In this document: positions 9,501-19,684 of the stretch, piece by piece | Layout of the letters: every line of letters starts with the position of its first letter | Position numbering within the stretch: position 1 is the stretch's first letter | Assembly (NCBI GenBank): GCA_963785635.1 | Contig: CAWAWB010000015.1 | Coordinates: forward strand, 1-64,000 | Length of the DNA: 64,000 bases | Direction of reading: 5' to 3' | Source of the DNA: an uncultured Phycisphaerales bacterium | GTDB lineage: Bacteria; Planctomycetota; Phycisphaerae; SM23-33; FEN-1343 | Notes under the pieces: model-generated | What the model was told of the DNA's origin: nothing | Databases searched by the model: none | Seen by the model: only the letters and a program-made list of their open reading frames with translations | Program-made: the position numbers and the translations under genes

Positions 9501-9982
9501 GCCCGCGGCCATGAAACTGGTTAACCATTCCCCAGAACCCCATGCGAAATCCCTAGTCCAGACGGCGCGTGTGGATCAACGCGCCCGCTGGCATACCGTC
9601 CGCCCCGCGGCGACGCTACGGATAGCGCCGCCCCGGCGCGGCGGAGTTATTCTCGAAAAATTAGCCACGGAGGACACAGGAAAAGAAAAGAGAGGACACA
9701 GAGAACTGACAATTGACAAGGTACAAATGACAAATTGATCTAATCTACAATTGACAATTCAGGGATATGTGTCCTGCTCCTCCCCCGGGTGCTGCGGCCG
9801 TCCGCGGCCGTGCGCGCGATATTCAGGAAAACACAAGGTTCACCGGAAGCCAGGGAAACCTTCATCTACTTTGTTTTTTGCACACAGCACGGCCGCCCGC
9901 GGCCGTGGCGCCCTCGCATTATTAGTACCCTCCCATCATTATTCCACCCTCCCATCATTACGATCTCCCATCTTGCCGTTTC

Positions 9983-11569
9983 CGATTAACCGATTAACAC
10001 TACAACGCCACCTGATCCATTATGCAGCAACGTATTGACGATATTCGAATGCCAAGGCTACGCAACCGTCGCTTGCGTGTTTTCACGTGGCAGCGTCGCG
10101 CTTTCTCGTTTCGTGCCTGCGTTTGAGTAATAATCTCCGCCTCCCTGGCCAGGAAGCTTTGACGAACCTGTCCCGTCAGCCACAGGGAACGCACCAGCGC
10201 CGCGGCCGCCTGGCGAATCTGGCATACGGTCAGCTGCGGATTTTTCCCCCCGCCACTGTTCCTGAACCGTGGCCAGGAACAGGTGGCTGACGGCCGTCAG
10301 CAGCAGATGACGCTTCAAGGAGCGATACCGGCGAACCTCAAAATGGTCCAGCCCCAACTCGGACTTTTCCACCTCGAAGCATTGCTCGACCCTGTACCGC
10401 GTGAAGGCCACGTGCAACATCACCTCCAGCGGCGTGCCACCCGGCGCGTTGGAGACGAAGTATTTCACCTCCTGCGGCGCCAAAATGTTGCGGGCCACAA
10501 TCAACCAATGCGCCCGCGTCGGCAGACCATCCCGTTTCAAATACAGCCGCGCCGCCTTGACCTGCCAAACCTCCGGTCCCACCGTGCTGTCCTTGACATG
10601 GAACTTCCGCCACGCTTGTTTGCGAAAAGCTGCCCCGTAGCGCAGCATGTGGCGAACCTGGATGCAGGGCAGGGTCTTGACCTTCAGACGGGGATAATGC
10701 CTCGGCCGGCCGCGCCGCGTGGCCGCACGATGCTGTTTTTGAAGAACCTCCGGTTCGCGCAGCCAGCCGTAGAAAATCGACGGCACTTCCAGGACGTAGC
10801 GCTGGCCGCACTCGTCCAGGGCGCGATGAAAGTCCGGCACTTCGCCATAACCTTCATCCCCCGTCATCCATTCAAACCGAATCCCGTTGGCCACGGCGGC
10901 GGCACGCAGTTCCAGGGCGATCTGCCACTTGGGGCGATGCTGCATTGTGTCCGGGATGCCCGCCCCCCGGCACCGAGCACGATCATCGGACCATTCCTGC
11001 GGCAAGAACATCTCCCCCGGAAGCAGGGTGTGAAAGGCGCCCGCCACATAGCTGATATGCACCGTAACCACGCAGTTATCCACCTTGCCCGTGGCGCCGC
11101 AATATTGACGCTGCACGCCGGCGGTCTTGTCGCCCTTCTTGGGATGGGCCGTCTCATCCAACACGCCAATCGACAGGGGGTGGCTGTGTTGATCGCCCAC
11201 GATCTGCATCAACCGCTGGGCCATGCGCGCATCATCCCAGTCTGCCAGCGACAGGAACTGCTGAAGCGTCCGCGGCGGAACGTCGGCCCGGTCCGCCATC
11301 GGCTCGATGCTCTTGCGCGGCAGATCCGACAATTGACCGTTGACGTAAACCCGCAGGTTGCCACAGGGCTCGCTGCGGCTGAAACAGTCGTCAAATTGTC
11401 CCAGGTACTGTTCCAACATCGGCTTGAGCTCTCGCAATTGCTTGGCATCCATGCCGTATCTCCTTTCGGGAAAAGCGCTCCCGAAAGGAACTATCGTCTG
11501 GCCGCCTGAGCTTTCTTGAGCCCAGATGGCGTTGTAGTGCTAACGGATTAACCAGTTAACCGATAAACC
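9983..11569 (-). mobile_element. IS701-family insertion sequence with imperfect terminal inverted repeats of about 28-40 bp
   Basis: Left end cgattaaccgattaacactacaacgcc. Right end ggcgttgtagtgctaacggattaaccagttaaccgataaacc (reverse complement similar). Contains a single 464-aa DDE transposase ORF. Confidence 0.8.
10058..11452 (-). CDS. transposase, IS701/IS4-superfamily DDE type
   Basis: 464 aa. Overall architecture is typical of IS701-family transposases (TGDEGYGE, HxxR-type C-terminal region). Confidence 0.8.
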   Translation of the reverse strand: MDAKQLRELKPMLEQYLGQFDDCFSRSEPCGNLRVYVNGQLSDLPRKSIEPMADRADVPPRTLQQFLSLADWDDARMAQRLMQIVGDQHSHPLSIGVLDETAHPKKGDKTAGVQRQYCGATGKVDNCVVTVHISYVAGAFHTLLPGEMFLPQEWSDDRARCRGAGIPDTMQHRPKWQIALELRAAAVANGIRFEWMTGDEGYGEVPDFHRALDECGQRYVLEVPSIFYGWLREPEVLQKQHRAATRRGRPRHYPRLKVKTLPCIQVRHMLRYGAAFRKQAWRKFHVKDSTVGPEVWQVKAARLYLKRDGLPTRAHWLIVARNILAPQEVKYFVSNAPGGTPLEVMLHVAFTRYRVEQCFEVEKSELGLDHFEVRRYRSLKRHLLLTAVSHLFLATVQEQWRGEKSAADRMPDSPGGRGAGAFPVADGTGSSKLPGQGGGDYYSNAGTKRESATLPRENTQATVA

Positions 11570-11639
11570 AGTTCACTAGGCGAAACCTCTCTAGCCCCAA
11601 CGCCTTGCGGGCCGATAGCAGTTAGGAAAGGTTCGCATC

Positions 11640-13193
11640 ATGCCAACCGGCAAAAAGAAAAGCTCCGCCGCGCGGCCGTCATCCGCGCAGGCAGCGCCAG
11701 ACCCGGTGCTATCCACCATCTGCGGCCTTCTGGAAGACTACAGCGAGGCCGTGGTTATCCTGGACGTCAGCACTCTGCGCATCCTCTGGGCCAACCCCAA
11801 GGCCGCCGGGCTGTGGGCGTGGCCGCGCGAACAGTTTGCGGGAATGCACGTCCGCGAGCTGTATCCCCCGGAAAACAGGATCTACAAGGATGAGGAGGTG
11901 AAGAGAATCAACCTCGCCGGAGGCCTGGTGGATATGTTCGCCCCGATTCAGCGGACCGATGGAACTTCCGTGGAGTCGCTGATGACGGCGTTGACGGTTT
12001 TTATCGAGGGCAGACCGTTTTCCATCGGCTTCTTCCGCCAAGACAGCGTCAATCAGTTGCACTCGGCCCTGCGTCAGGCACAGGGAACCATGCATCTGAC
12101 CGAGCAGACGTACAAGCAGTTGCTGGAAGCGATGAGCGAGGGCCTGGTGATGGCCGATGCGCACTGCCGCATCAGCTTCGTGAACGACCAGCTTTGCCGC
12201 ATGTTCGGCTTTAAGCCGGAGGAACTGATCGGACGCCAGCCGCGCGAATTCATGAGCCCCGGGGATAGCGCGGCAATCCAGGAGCAGTTTTCGCGCAACG
12301 CCCAGGGCCAGGCACGCTCCTTCGAGCGGACCTGGAAGACCCCCGATGGCCGGGACGTCCACACGCTTACTTCTACACGTCCCCTTTATAACGAGTGCGG
12401 CCAGTACAAAGGGGCCGTCTGGGTAATCACGGACCTGACCGAAAACCACCGCCTCCAGCAGCAGTTCATCCAGGCCCAGCGCATGGAGTCCATCGGCCGC
12501 CTGGCCGGCGGCGTGGCACACGATATCCGCAACCAGCTCACCGTGATCAAAGGCTATGCGGATCTGCTGGCGGCCGAGCGCAGCCCGAAAGCCGTCGATG
12601 AGTATCTGCGGCAGATCGCGGCGGCCACGGCGCGTGCGGAGAAAACCACGAGCCAGCTCCTGGCCTATAGCCGCCAGCAGCTGCTCTCGCCCCAGCGGCT
12701 CGACCTGGCGACGGTATTGGAAGAGTTACGCAAGCCTCTGGCGCACCTGCTGGGGGAAAATATTCGACTGGACCTGGATGTGGACAAGCCCGTAAGCCGC
12801 GCGCTGGTGGACCGCGCGCTGCTGGAGCAGGCCGTCATCAACCTGGCCATCAACGCCCGCGATGCCATGGGCAAGAGCGGAAAAGTTCGCGTTTCGCTGC
12901 ACGACGCGCTCATCGACCAGGAGTTCGCCTGGCCCGTGCTGGATGAAATCGCGCCCGGGCGGTACGTGGCCATTGAATTTGCGGATACCGGCTGCGGCAT
13001 GGACAAAACAACGCTCAAGAGAATCTTCGACCCGTTCTTCACCACCAAGGAAATCGGCAAGGGCACGGGGCTGGGGTTGGCCATGGTGTACGGATTCCTG
13101 CGCCAAAGCGGCGGCGCCGTGGGCGTCCATAGCGAGCCGGGCGCGGGCACAACGTTCTGGCTGTACCTGCCGCCGGCCGACCGGCCTGCTTGA
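11640..13193 (+). CDS. PAS-domain sensor histidine kinase (soluble; PAS-PAS-HisKA-HATPase_c)
   Basis: H-box RMESIGRLAGGVAHDIRNQL. ATP-binding G-boxes DTGCGMD and GTGLGLAMV. Confidence 0.88.
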   Translation: MPTGKKKSSAARPSSAQAAPDPVLSTICGLLEDYSEAVVILDVSTLRILWANPKAAGLWAWPREQFAGMHVRELYPPENRIYKDEEVKRINLAGGLVDMFAPIQRTDGTSVESLMTALTVFIEGRPFSIGFFRQDSVNQLHSALRQAQGTMHLTEQTYKQLLEAMSEGLVMADAHCRISFVNDQLCRMFGFKPEELIGRQPREFMSPGDSAAIQEQFSRNAQGQARSFERTWKTPDGRDVHTLTSTRPLYNECGQYKGAVWVITDLTENHRLQQQFIQAQRMESIGRLAGGVAHDIRNQLTVIKGYADLLAAERSPKAVDEYLRQIAAATARAEKTTSQLLAYSRQQLLSPQRLDLATVLEELRKPLAHLLGENIRLDLDVDKPVSRALVDRALLEQAVINLAINARDAMGKSGKVRVSLHDALIDQEFAWPVLDEIAPGRYVAIEFADTGCGMDKTTLKRIFDPFFTTKEIGKGTGLGLAMVYGFLRQSGGAVGVHSEPGAGTTFWLYLPPADRPA

Positions 13194-13262
13194 TTCCTTC
13201 TCCCCCCGCACTTACCATAGCAGAACTTTACGGCCTGTCCGGCGCATCCACTAGGAGAGCAT

Positions 13263-14592
13263 ATGGGCCAGCAGGAGACAATCGGCATCGCCCTGGTCGG
13301 CTGCGGCACGGTGGGCAGCGCCGTCGTGCGGCTGCTGGTGCGCGACAACGAACTTTTGACCCGCCGCGCGGGCGTGCGGCCGCTGCTGCGCCACGTGGTG
13401 GATGTGGATTTCACCAAGGCCCGCCAGGCCGGGGCCGATCCCGCCATCTTCCGCAAGGATCTCGCCGAGGCGCTGGATGATGTGCAGACCCGCATCATCG
13501 TCGAGCTGGTCGGCGGCACGACCTTCGCGCGCACGGTCGTGGAGCGCTCGCTCAAGGCCGGCAAGCACGTCGTCACCGCGAACAAGGCGCTACTGGCCCA
13601 CCATGGCAACGAGCTGTGGGCTTTGGCCCGCGCCAACGGCGTGTGCATCGCCTTTGAAGGCAGCCTGCGTGGGCGGCGTGCCGGTGATCGGCACGTTGCT
13701 CAACGGCCTTTTAGCCAACGATATAGAGGCGATGTACGGCATCGTCAACGGCACGTGCAATTACATCCTGTCCAACATGTCCGCGCACGGCGCGCGCTAC
13801 GGCGATGTGCTGCTCCAGGCCCAGCAGGCGGGGCTGGCTGAGGCCAATCCCTCGCTGGATGTGCAGGGCACGGACTCCGCGCACAAGATCGCCATTTTAG
13901 GCGCACTGGCCTTCGGCCAGCGCATCGACTTCGACAAGATCCACATCGAAGGCATCGACAAGCTGGATGTGGCCGACATCCGCTACGGCCAGGAACTGGG
14001 CTACACGGTCAAGTTGCTGGCCATCGCCGAGCGGCTGGACGAAGGCGTGAGCCTGCGCGTACACCCCTCGTTCATTCCGGCCACTCATCCGCTGGCGCCG
14101 GTGTCGGGAGCGTTCAACGCGCTCTCCATTTTCGCCCACGCCACGGGCCACACGCTGTATTACGGGCGTGGCGCGGGCGGCATGCCCACGGCCTCGGCGG
14201 TGGTGTCGGATATCCTGTCCATCGGCCTGGATATCGCCCCGCGGCAGTTCCGCCAGTTGGGCATCTGGCCGGACCGGTCCAGGCAAGCCAACCAGTTGCC
14301 CATCGAGGATATCCGCAGCCGCTATTACCTGCGCATCACCGGCGAAGACCGGCCGGGCGTCTTAGGCGCGATCGCCGATGTGCTGGGCCGGCACGAGATT
14401 TCCTGCGCCAGCGTGCTCCAGCACGAGTCGCCATCCCCCGCGGGAGATGGCGTCCCCGTTATTATCACGACCTACGAGGCGGTCGAAGGCAATATCGCCA
14501 ACGCCCGCGCGGAAATCGACGGCCTGGAGAGCGTGAAGGCGCCCACGGTCATCATCAGAATTGTCATGGAGCACGAGGAACCAGTCGTTTAA
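13263..14592 (+). CDS. hom: homoserine dehydrogenase with C-terminal ACT domain, frame interrupted near 13660-13670
   Basis: NAD-binding GIALVGCGTVGSAV, catalytic core and ACT domain. ORFs 13263.. and 13402..14592 are one gene split by a small indel at FEGS|VGGVPVIG. Confidence 0.85.
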
Positions 14593-14593
14593 G

Positions 14594-14745
14594 AAATCCT
14601 AAATTCGAAATCCGAAATCCTAAACAATAAGACACAAAACTCGAATAAGAACAAAAGAACAGACAGGTAACGACATTTGCTCCGGGTTTGGGATTTTGAA
14701 ATTGTTTCGGATTTAGAATTTAGGATTTCGGATTTTTCGATTTTG
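14594..14745. terminator. long imperfect hairpin built from inverted heptamer arrays (AAATCCT/AAATCCG units and complements); putative bidirectional terminator between hom and apgM
   Basis: Left arm aaatcctaaattcgaaatccgaaatcctaaac. Right arm ...cggatttagaatttaggatttcggatttttcgattttg. Confidence 0.55.
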
Positions 14746-14762
14746 ATGACGATAGAAATCCT

Positions 14763-15975
14763 ATGAAATACGCATTGATCATCATCGACGGCGCGGCGGA
14801 CAATCCTCTGCCCGAACTGGGCAACAAGACTCCCCTCGCCGCCGCCCATAAGCCAGTGATCGATTCCATCGCCCGCATGGGCCGCCTGGGCACCGCCAAA
14901 AACGTGCCCGAGGGCATGCATCCCGGCAGCGACGTGGCCATTTTAAGCATGCTGGGCTACGACCCGCGCCACCTGCTACAGCGGCCGCGCGCCCCTGGAG
15001 GCCGCCGCGCAGGGCCTGCACATCGAGGATGATGACTGGGTCCTGCGCTGCAACCTGGTGACCATCGTGGACGGCGTCATGGCCGACTATTCCGCCGGCC
15101 ACATTTCCAGCGAAGAGGCGGCCAAGCTTATCGCCGACCTGAACGCGGAACTGGCCTCCAGCGTGGTGCACTTTTATCCCGGCGTCTCCTACCGTCACCT
15201 TTTAACCATCAAGGCCGACCTGGAAGTCTCCACCACTGCCCCGCACGACATCATGGGCCAGAAGGCCGCCGACCACCTGCCCCAAGGCCGCGGCAAGGAG
15301 CTGCTGACCGACCTGATCCAGCGCAGCGCGCCCGTGCTGGCCGCCAGCGAGATCAACGCGGTCCGCCGCGACCTGGGTGAAAATTTAGCAACCTCGATCT
15401 GGCTGTGGGGCCAGGGCAAGCGGCCGCAGCTCCCATCCTTCCAGGCCAAATACGGCCACAGCGCGGCGGTGATCACCGCGGTGGACCTCGTGCGCGGCAT
15501 TGCCAAACTGACCGGCATGGATCTGATCGAGGTCCCCGGCGCCACCGGCTACGTCGATACCAACTACGCCGGCAAAGGCGCGGCCGCCGTGGCGGCGCTC
15601 GACAATCACGACATGGTGATCGTGCATGTCGAGGCGCCCGATGAGTGCGGCCACAACGCCGAACCCGAACTGAAAAAGAAATCCATCGAGGACATCGACC
15701 GCTTAATCGTCGCGCCGGTTTTAAAACACCTGGAATCGCAGGGCGACGACTGGCGGATCTTGATCGGCCCGGACCACCCCACCCCCTGCCAGGTGCGCAC
15801 CCACACCACCGATCCGGTTCCGTTTGTAATTGCCGGCAAAGACATACCGAATTTGGTCAGCCGGCCGTTTGATGAGTCCACCGCCGCGCAGGGCGATTTC
15901 CACATCGAATTCGGGCACGAGTTGATGGAATATCTGCTCAAGCCCGCACCGCCGCGCGGCGGCAGGACTGCCTGA
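14763..15975 (+). CDS. apgM: cofactor-independent phosphoglycerate mutase, archaeal-type (ApgM), frame interrupted near 14970-14985
   Basis: MKYALIIIDGAADNP... metalloenzyme N-terminus and PhosphMutase C-terminal region. The two ORFs join at YDPRH|YSGRAPLEAAAQGLHIEDDDWVLRCNL. Confidence 0.8.
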
Positions 15976-16142
15976 CTTTTTTGCCTCACATGTCGGTGGG
16001 CCTATGGAGATGTGCGCATTTCGTCCGGATAAGGTATTTAGACTACACCCATCACAACTCCTGCCTCCTATGCTTTCCTCAGAGGTGGAACCGCTTAACG
16101 CTAAAAAGTGCGCATTTTTTCGCTTTTGGCGTAAAAAGGGCC

Positions 16143-16172
16143 TTGTGTTAATAAGAATAGCTACTGATACTA
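16143..16172 (+). promoter_or_regulatory. candidate sigma70-like promoter (TTGTGT - 17 bp - GATACT) in an AT-rich patch
   Basis: Sequence inspection only. Would start a roughly 180-nt transcript ending at the terminator at 16306-16362. Confidence 0.3.
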
Positions 16173-16305
16173 GTCTACAAGCGGCGCGTCTTATGAGCGC
16201 GGCTATGAAGCCGCGTCGTGAAAAACCCGATACGCTCGTGCAGCGGCATAATTGGGGCCGGATTTTCCGGTCCCGCCTTGTCGGACAGGATTAAGGCCTG
16301 TCAGT

Positions 16306-16362
16306 CGAAGGCACAGACGCCCTCTGAGCGATCGGCGGGCGCCTGTGCCTTTTTGTTTTGCG
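16306..16362 (+). terminator. intrinsic terminator (GC stem aggcacag(a)cgccc / gggcgcctgtgcct followed by TTTTTGTTTTG), 15 nt before the start codon of ORF 16377
   Basis: Stem-loop plus U-tract read directly from the sequence. Confidence 0.7.
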
Positions 16363-16376
16363 AGGCTGCATAGCGG

Positions 16377-16780
16377 ATGGATACGCCCAATGCACAATCC
16401 GGCGCTTCCCTGCCTCACAGCGGGGTTGTCGCGCTCCTGGTACGCGATCCTGGAATCGCAGCCGCCGCTTCACCGCTGGCCGCCGACGGCTTCACCTGCC
16501 GCAGAACAAAGACGTCTGGAGAACTTCTGGCCGCGCTGGGTGAAGGACGCTCGCCGCGGTACTGGAGGTAAGCCATGATCATGCCGATTCGATGGCCGCC
16601 CTGCGGACCGTTGGCGCAAATGCAAACGTCGTGACGGTTGCTCGCGACGTCACGGCGGATCTGGCGCTGGAGCTGATTCGCATCCGGCTGGGCGCCTTTT
16701 GTCTGATTCCGGAAGAAACGGATGACTCCTCACCACCCTTCGCAACATCATCCGCCGCGAGAAAATGCAGCGGTTCATGA
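16377..16780 (+). pseudogene. atypical or degenerate receiver (REC-like) domain gene, frame interrupted near 16550-16560; Glu at the expected phospho-Asp position
   Basis: Joined translation ...GVVALLVRDPGIAAAASPLAADGFTCRRTKTSGELLAALGEGRSP|AAVLEVSHDHADSMAALRTVGANANVVTVARDVTADLALELIRIRLGAFCLIPEE follows CheY-fold spacing, but the conserved acidic residues are altered. Confidence 0.3.
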
Positions 16781-17139
16781 CAGACGCGCGGCTGAGGCTT
16801 TCGCAGTCCGCGCAAAAGCTGGAGGACTGGCAGTCCCTGCACAGCCGCGCCGCGGCCAGCGAGGGTGCGCAGGATATCGAATGGTATTTCCAGTACGGCG
16901 GCCTCCAGATTCAGCAGATGTTGGCCAGCCTGGGGCAGCTTGGCTCCTCGCTTTTTTCCGGTCAGCCGGTGATGACCGCCTGCCAGTTTTTCACTTGTCC
17001 GCGGCTGGAGTCGTACACGCGGGCCGTCAAAGAGGCCATCGCCACGCTGGATAAAACCCGCCGCGCATTCAAATCGCAAGATCTGGCCATCCTGCGGGAA
17101 AAGCTGGAGGCCCTGCTGGAGCGAAATCAGAAACTGTAA
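16765..17139 (+). CDS. hypothetical protein (124 aa)
   Basis: ORF only. Could be the continuation of the upstream REC-like gene in another frame. Confidence 0.3.
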   Translation: MQRFMTDARLRLSQSAQKLEDWQSLHSRAAASEGAQDIEWYFQYGGLQIQQMLASLGQLGSSLFSGQPVMTACQFFTCPRLESYTRAVKEAIATLDKTRRAFKSQDLAILREKLEALLERNQKL

Positions 17140-17422
17140 TTCCTAATTAAAGCGTCCCTCAAAGCGAGCCGATGACCTGACGGGAAAGAGGCCGGTTTAC
17201 ATCGCCGGCCGCCTTGTCGGGCAGGAGCATCTGCAAGTCGAAGGCACGGAGAGACTCGCCGCGAAACGGCGGGCGATCTCCGGGCCTTCATTTTTTTGCG
17301 CTCTATGCGAGCTGCCCGCGTGGACGACGAGTGGACCATTAAGGGACAGCTTACATCCAGCCCTGCCTTTGCTCGTCACGGGCGATGGCAGGCGGCTCCA
17401 GAACCATAGAAAGGGACTCCTC

Positions 17423-19403
17423 ATGGCACGGCAGATGACGGTGGGCAAGAAGATCGCGGCGGGATTCAGCATCGTTCTGGTGTTGCTCGTAGTCGTAGGA
17501 ACGATAGCCTGGTTTGCCTTGCACCAGGCTTCCGGCGGTTTTAGCCGCTTTGGAGTCATGGCGCATATCTGCAACGTGATGGGCGACCTCAAGGCTCAGA
17601 TGCTGACGCTCCAGATGGACGTCAAGGACTACCTCATCAGCAACTCCGACAACCATAAGCAGGACTTCGACACGTGCATCAAGGCCATGCGCGACAACCT
17701 GGAAAACACCAGGAAAGAGGTCAGCAGCCCGGAGCAGCTGGCGCTGCTTTCGTCCGTGGATAAACAGGTGACAGAATACGAAACGGTATTCGGCAAAGTC
17801 GTCGCGCTGACCGGCGAGCGCAACAGGCTCATCTTCAACGTGCTGGGACCCGCCGGCGTGAAGATCGAAGAGCACCTGGTTGCGCTGATGACCGCGGCCA
17901 ATGCGGACAACGACGTGCAGGGCGCGTACCTGGGCGGCCAGGTGGTCCGCTTCATGCTCTCGGGCCGGATGAGCGCCTGGCGTTTCATCCAGAAGCCCGA
18001 CCAGTCGCACGTCGATGCGGTACACAAGCACTGGGCGAACCTGGAGGAGCAACTGGCCGCGCTGGATAAGCAGCAGACCAACGCCGACCGCCGCAAGCTG
18101 GTGGCCGCCGCTCAACCTCTGGCGGCGGACTACATCAAGAAATTCGATGAGCTGGTGGCCGACACGAATGAGTGCAACGCGCACGTGGACAATCTCATCC
18201 AGCACGTCGGACCGGAATTCGAGCGCGTCACGACCGACATCGATAAGGCTGTCCGGAAGGACAAGAACGCCCTGGGCGACGCCGTGGCCTCCAACAACGC
18301 CATGGCGGCCCTGGTCATCACCATCGTCGGCGGCGCGGCCGTCGCGCTGGGTGTGCTCATGGCCACGCTGATCACGCGCGGCATTGCCAGGAAGCTGCGC
18401 CAGGTGATCGAGGGATTGACCAGCGGGTCTGAGCAGACCTCCTCCGCCGCGGGCCAGGTTTCCTCGGCCAGCCAGTCGCTGGCGCAGGGCGCATCGGAGC
18501 AGGCCGCGGCCATCGAAGAGACCACCTCGAGCATCGAGGAAATGGCCTCCATGACCAAGCAGAACGCCGGCAACGCCAACGAGGCCAAGCGCATGGCCGA
18601 TGTGGCGCAGGCAGCCGTGGAGAGCGGCACGGCGGCCATGACGCGCATGTCCGGCGCGATCGAACAGATCAAGAAATCCGCCGACCAGACGGGCAAGATC
18701 ATCAAGACCATCGACGAGATCGCCTTCCAGACCAACCTGCTGGCCTTAAACGCGGCCGTGGAAGCGGCCCGCGCGGGCGAGGCGGGCAAGGGCTTCGCCG
18801 TGGTGGCCGAAGAGGTGCGCAACCTGGCGCAGCGCTCGGCCGAGGCGGCGCAACACCGCGTCGCTGATTGAAGAGTCGCTCAAGAACGCCGAGAACGGCG
18901 TACACATCACGGGCGAGGTGGCCAAGTCGCTGACCGAGATCGCCACGGGCAACAAGAAGAGCAACGAGCTCATCCGCGAGATCGCCGCGGCCTGCTCCGA
19001 GCAGGCGCAGGGCATCGAGCAGGTGAACGTGGCGGTGAGCCAGATGGACCAGGTGACGCAATCCAACGCGGCCAACGCAGAAGAATCCGCCTCGGCCTCG
19101 GAGCAGCTTTCCGCACAGGCCCTGGAGCTCAACAGCATGGTGCAGCAACTGGCGGCCATGGTGGGCGGTGCGAATGCGGCTTCGGCAACCTCCGCTGGAA
19201 CATCACCTGCGGCCAAGGTGTACGGCGGCGCAGCCGCGCAGCGTGCAGCCTCAGCCGGCGTGAAGGGATCGGGCAAGGCGGCGGCCAAATCGGCCCGCGC
19301 AGGGTTGTCGGCGGAGCATAACATCAAGCTGCCGCCGCCCTCGGGCCACTCGTCCAAGGATGAGTTCGTGCTGCAGGAATCGGAAGAGATTGCAAAGTTT
19401 TAG
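17423..19403 (+). CDS. methyl-accepting chemotaxis protein (4HB sensor, TM, HAMP, MCP signalling domain), frame interrupted near 18850-18860
   Basis: Highly conserved MCP signalling hairpin ([44 protein letters not shown]). Continues in the next frame as [30 protein letters not shown].... Confidence 0.85.
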
Positions 19404-19431
19404 TTAAATAGTGACATAATTTCCGCAATCC

Positions 19432-19460
19432 AGCGGGGCGTCAGAAATGGGCGCCCCGCT
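19432..19460 (+). other. 9-bp GC hairpin (agcggggcg / cgccccgct) immediately after the MCP stop, no U-tract; followed by an inverted pair of GGATTGC arrays (19466-19500 forward, 19655-19690 reverse)
   Basis: Direct inspection of the sequence. Confidence 0.6.
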
Positions 19461-19684
19461 CTACTCATTGCGGATTGCGGATTGCGAATTGCGGATTGCT
19501 TTGGACAGAGACTTTGCTTTATCTATTCCGCCATCCGCGCAACCCATCGAGTTAATCGTTCAGCCCTTGATGCCCGCTTCAATTTCAATGGAGGATTGAG
19601 AAGGCAAAATAGCATCGGCTTGGCGTCCCTTATGCGGAACGTGGTTGGGAGCGAAATCCGCAATCCGCAATCCGCAATCCGAAA

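Noticed and set aside
8194-9738. 514-aa plus-strand ORF
   Set aside because: It runs through the GGATTGC repeat block. The translation is dominated by repeat-derived [11 protein letters not shown] peptides and low-complexity Arg/Pro/Ser, and it has no conserved motifs. It is an open frame in high-GC repeat DNA, not a gene.
10283-11509. 408-aa ORF antisense to the IS transposase
   Set aside because: It overlaps the conserved transposase completely and has Arg/Pro/Leu-rich composition typical of antisense high-GC ORFs.
16004-16294. 96-aa ORF in the apgM downstream gap
   Set aside because: It lies inside the proposed small-RNA or leader region. It has no RBS and an atypical composition, and is more likely non-coding.
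19432-19460. Intrinsic terminator after the MCP gene
   Set aside because: A 9-bp GC hairpin is present but there is no downstream U-tract (it is followed by ctactcattgcgg). It is kept only as a hairpin feature; termination may instead rely on the adjacent heptamer-array structure.
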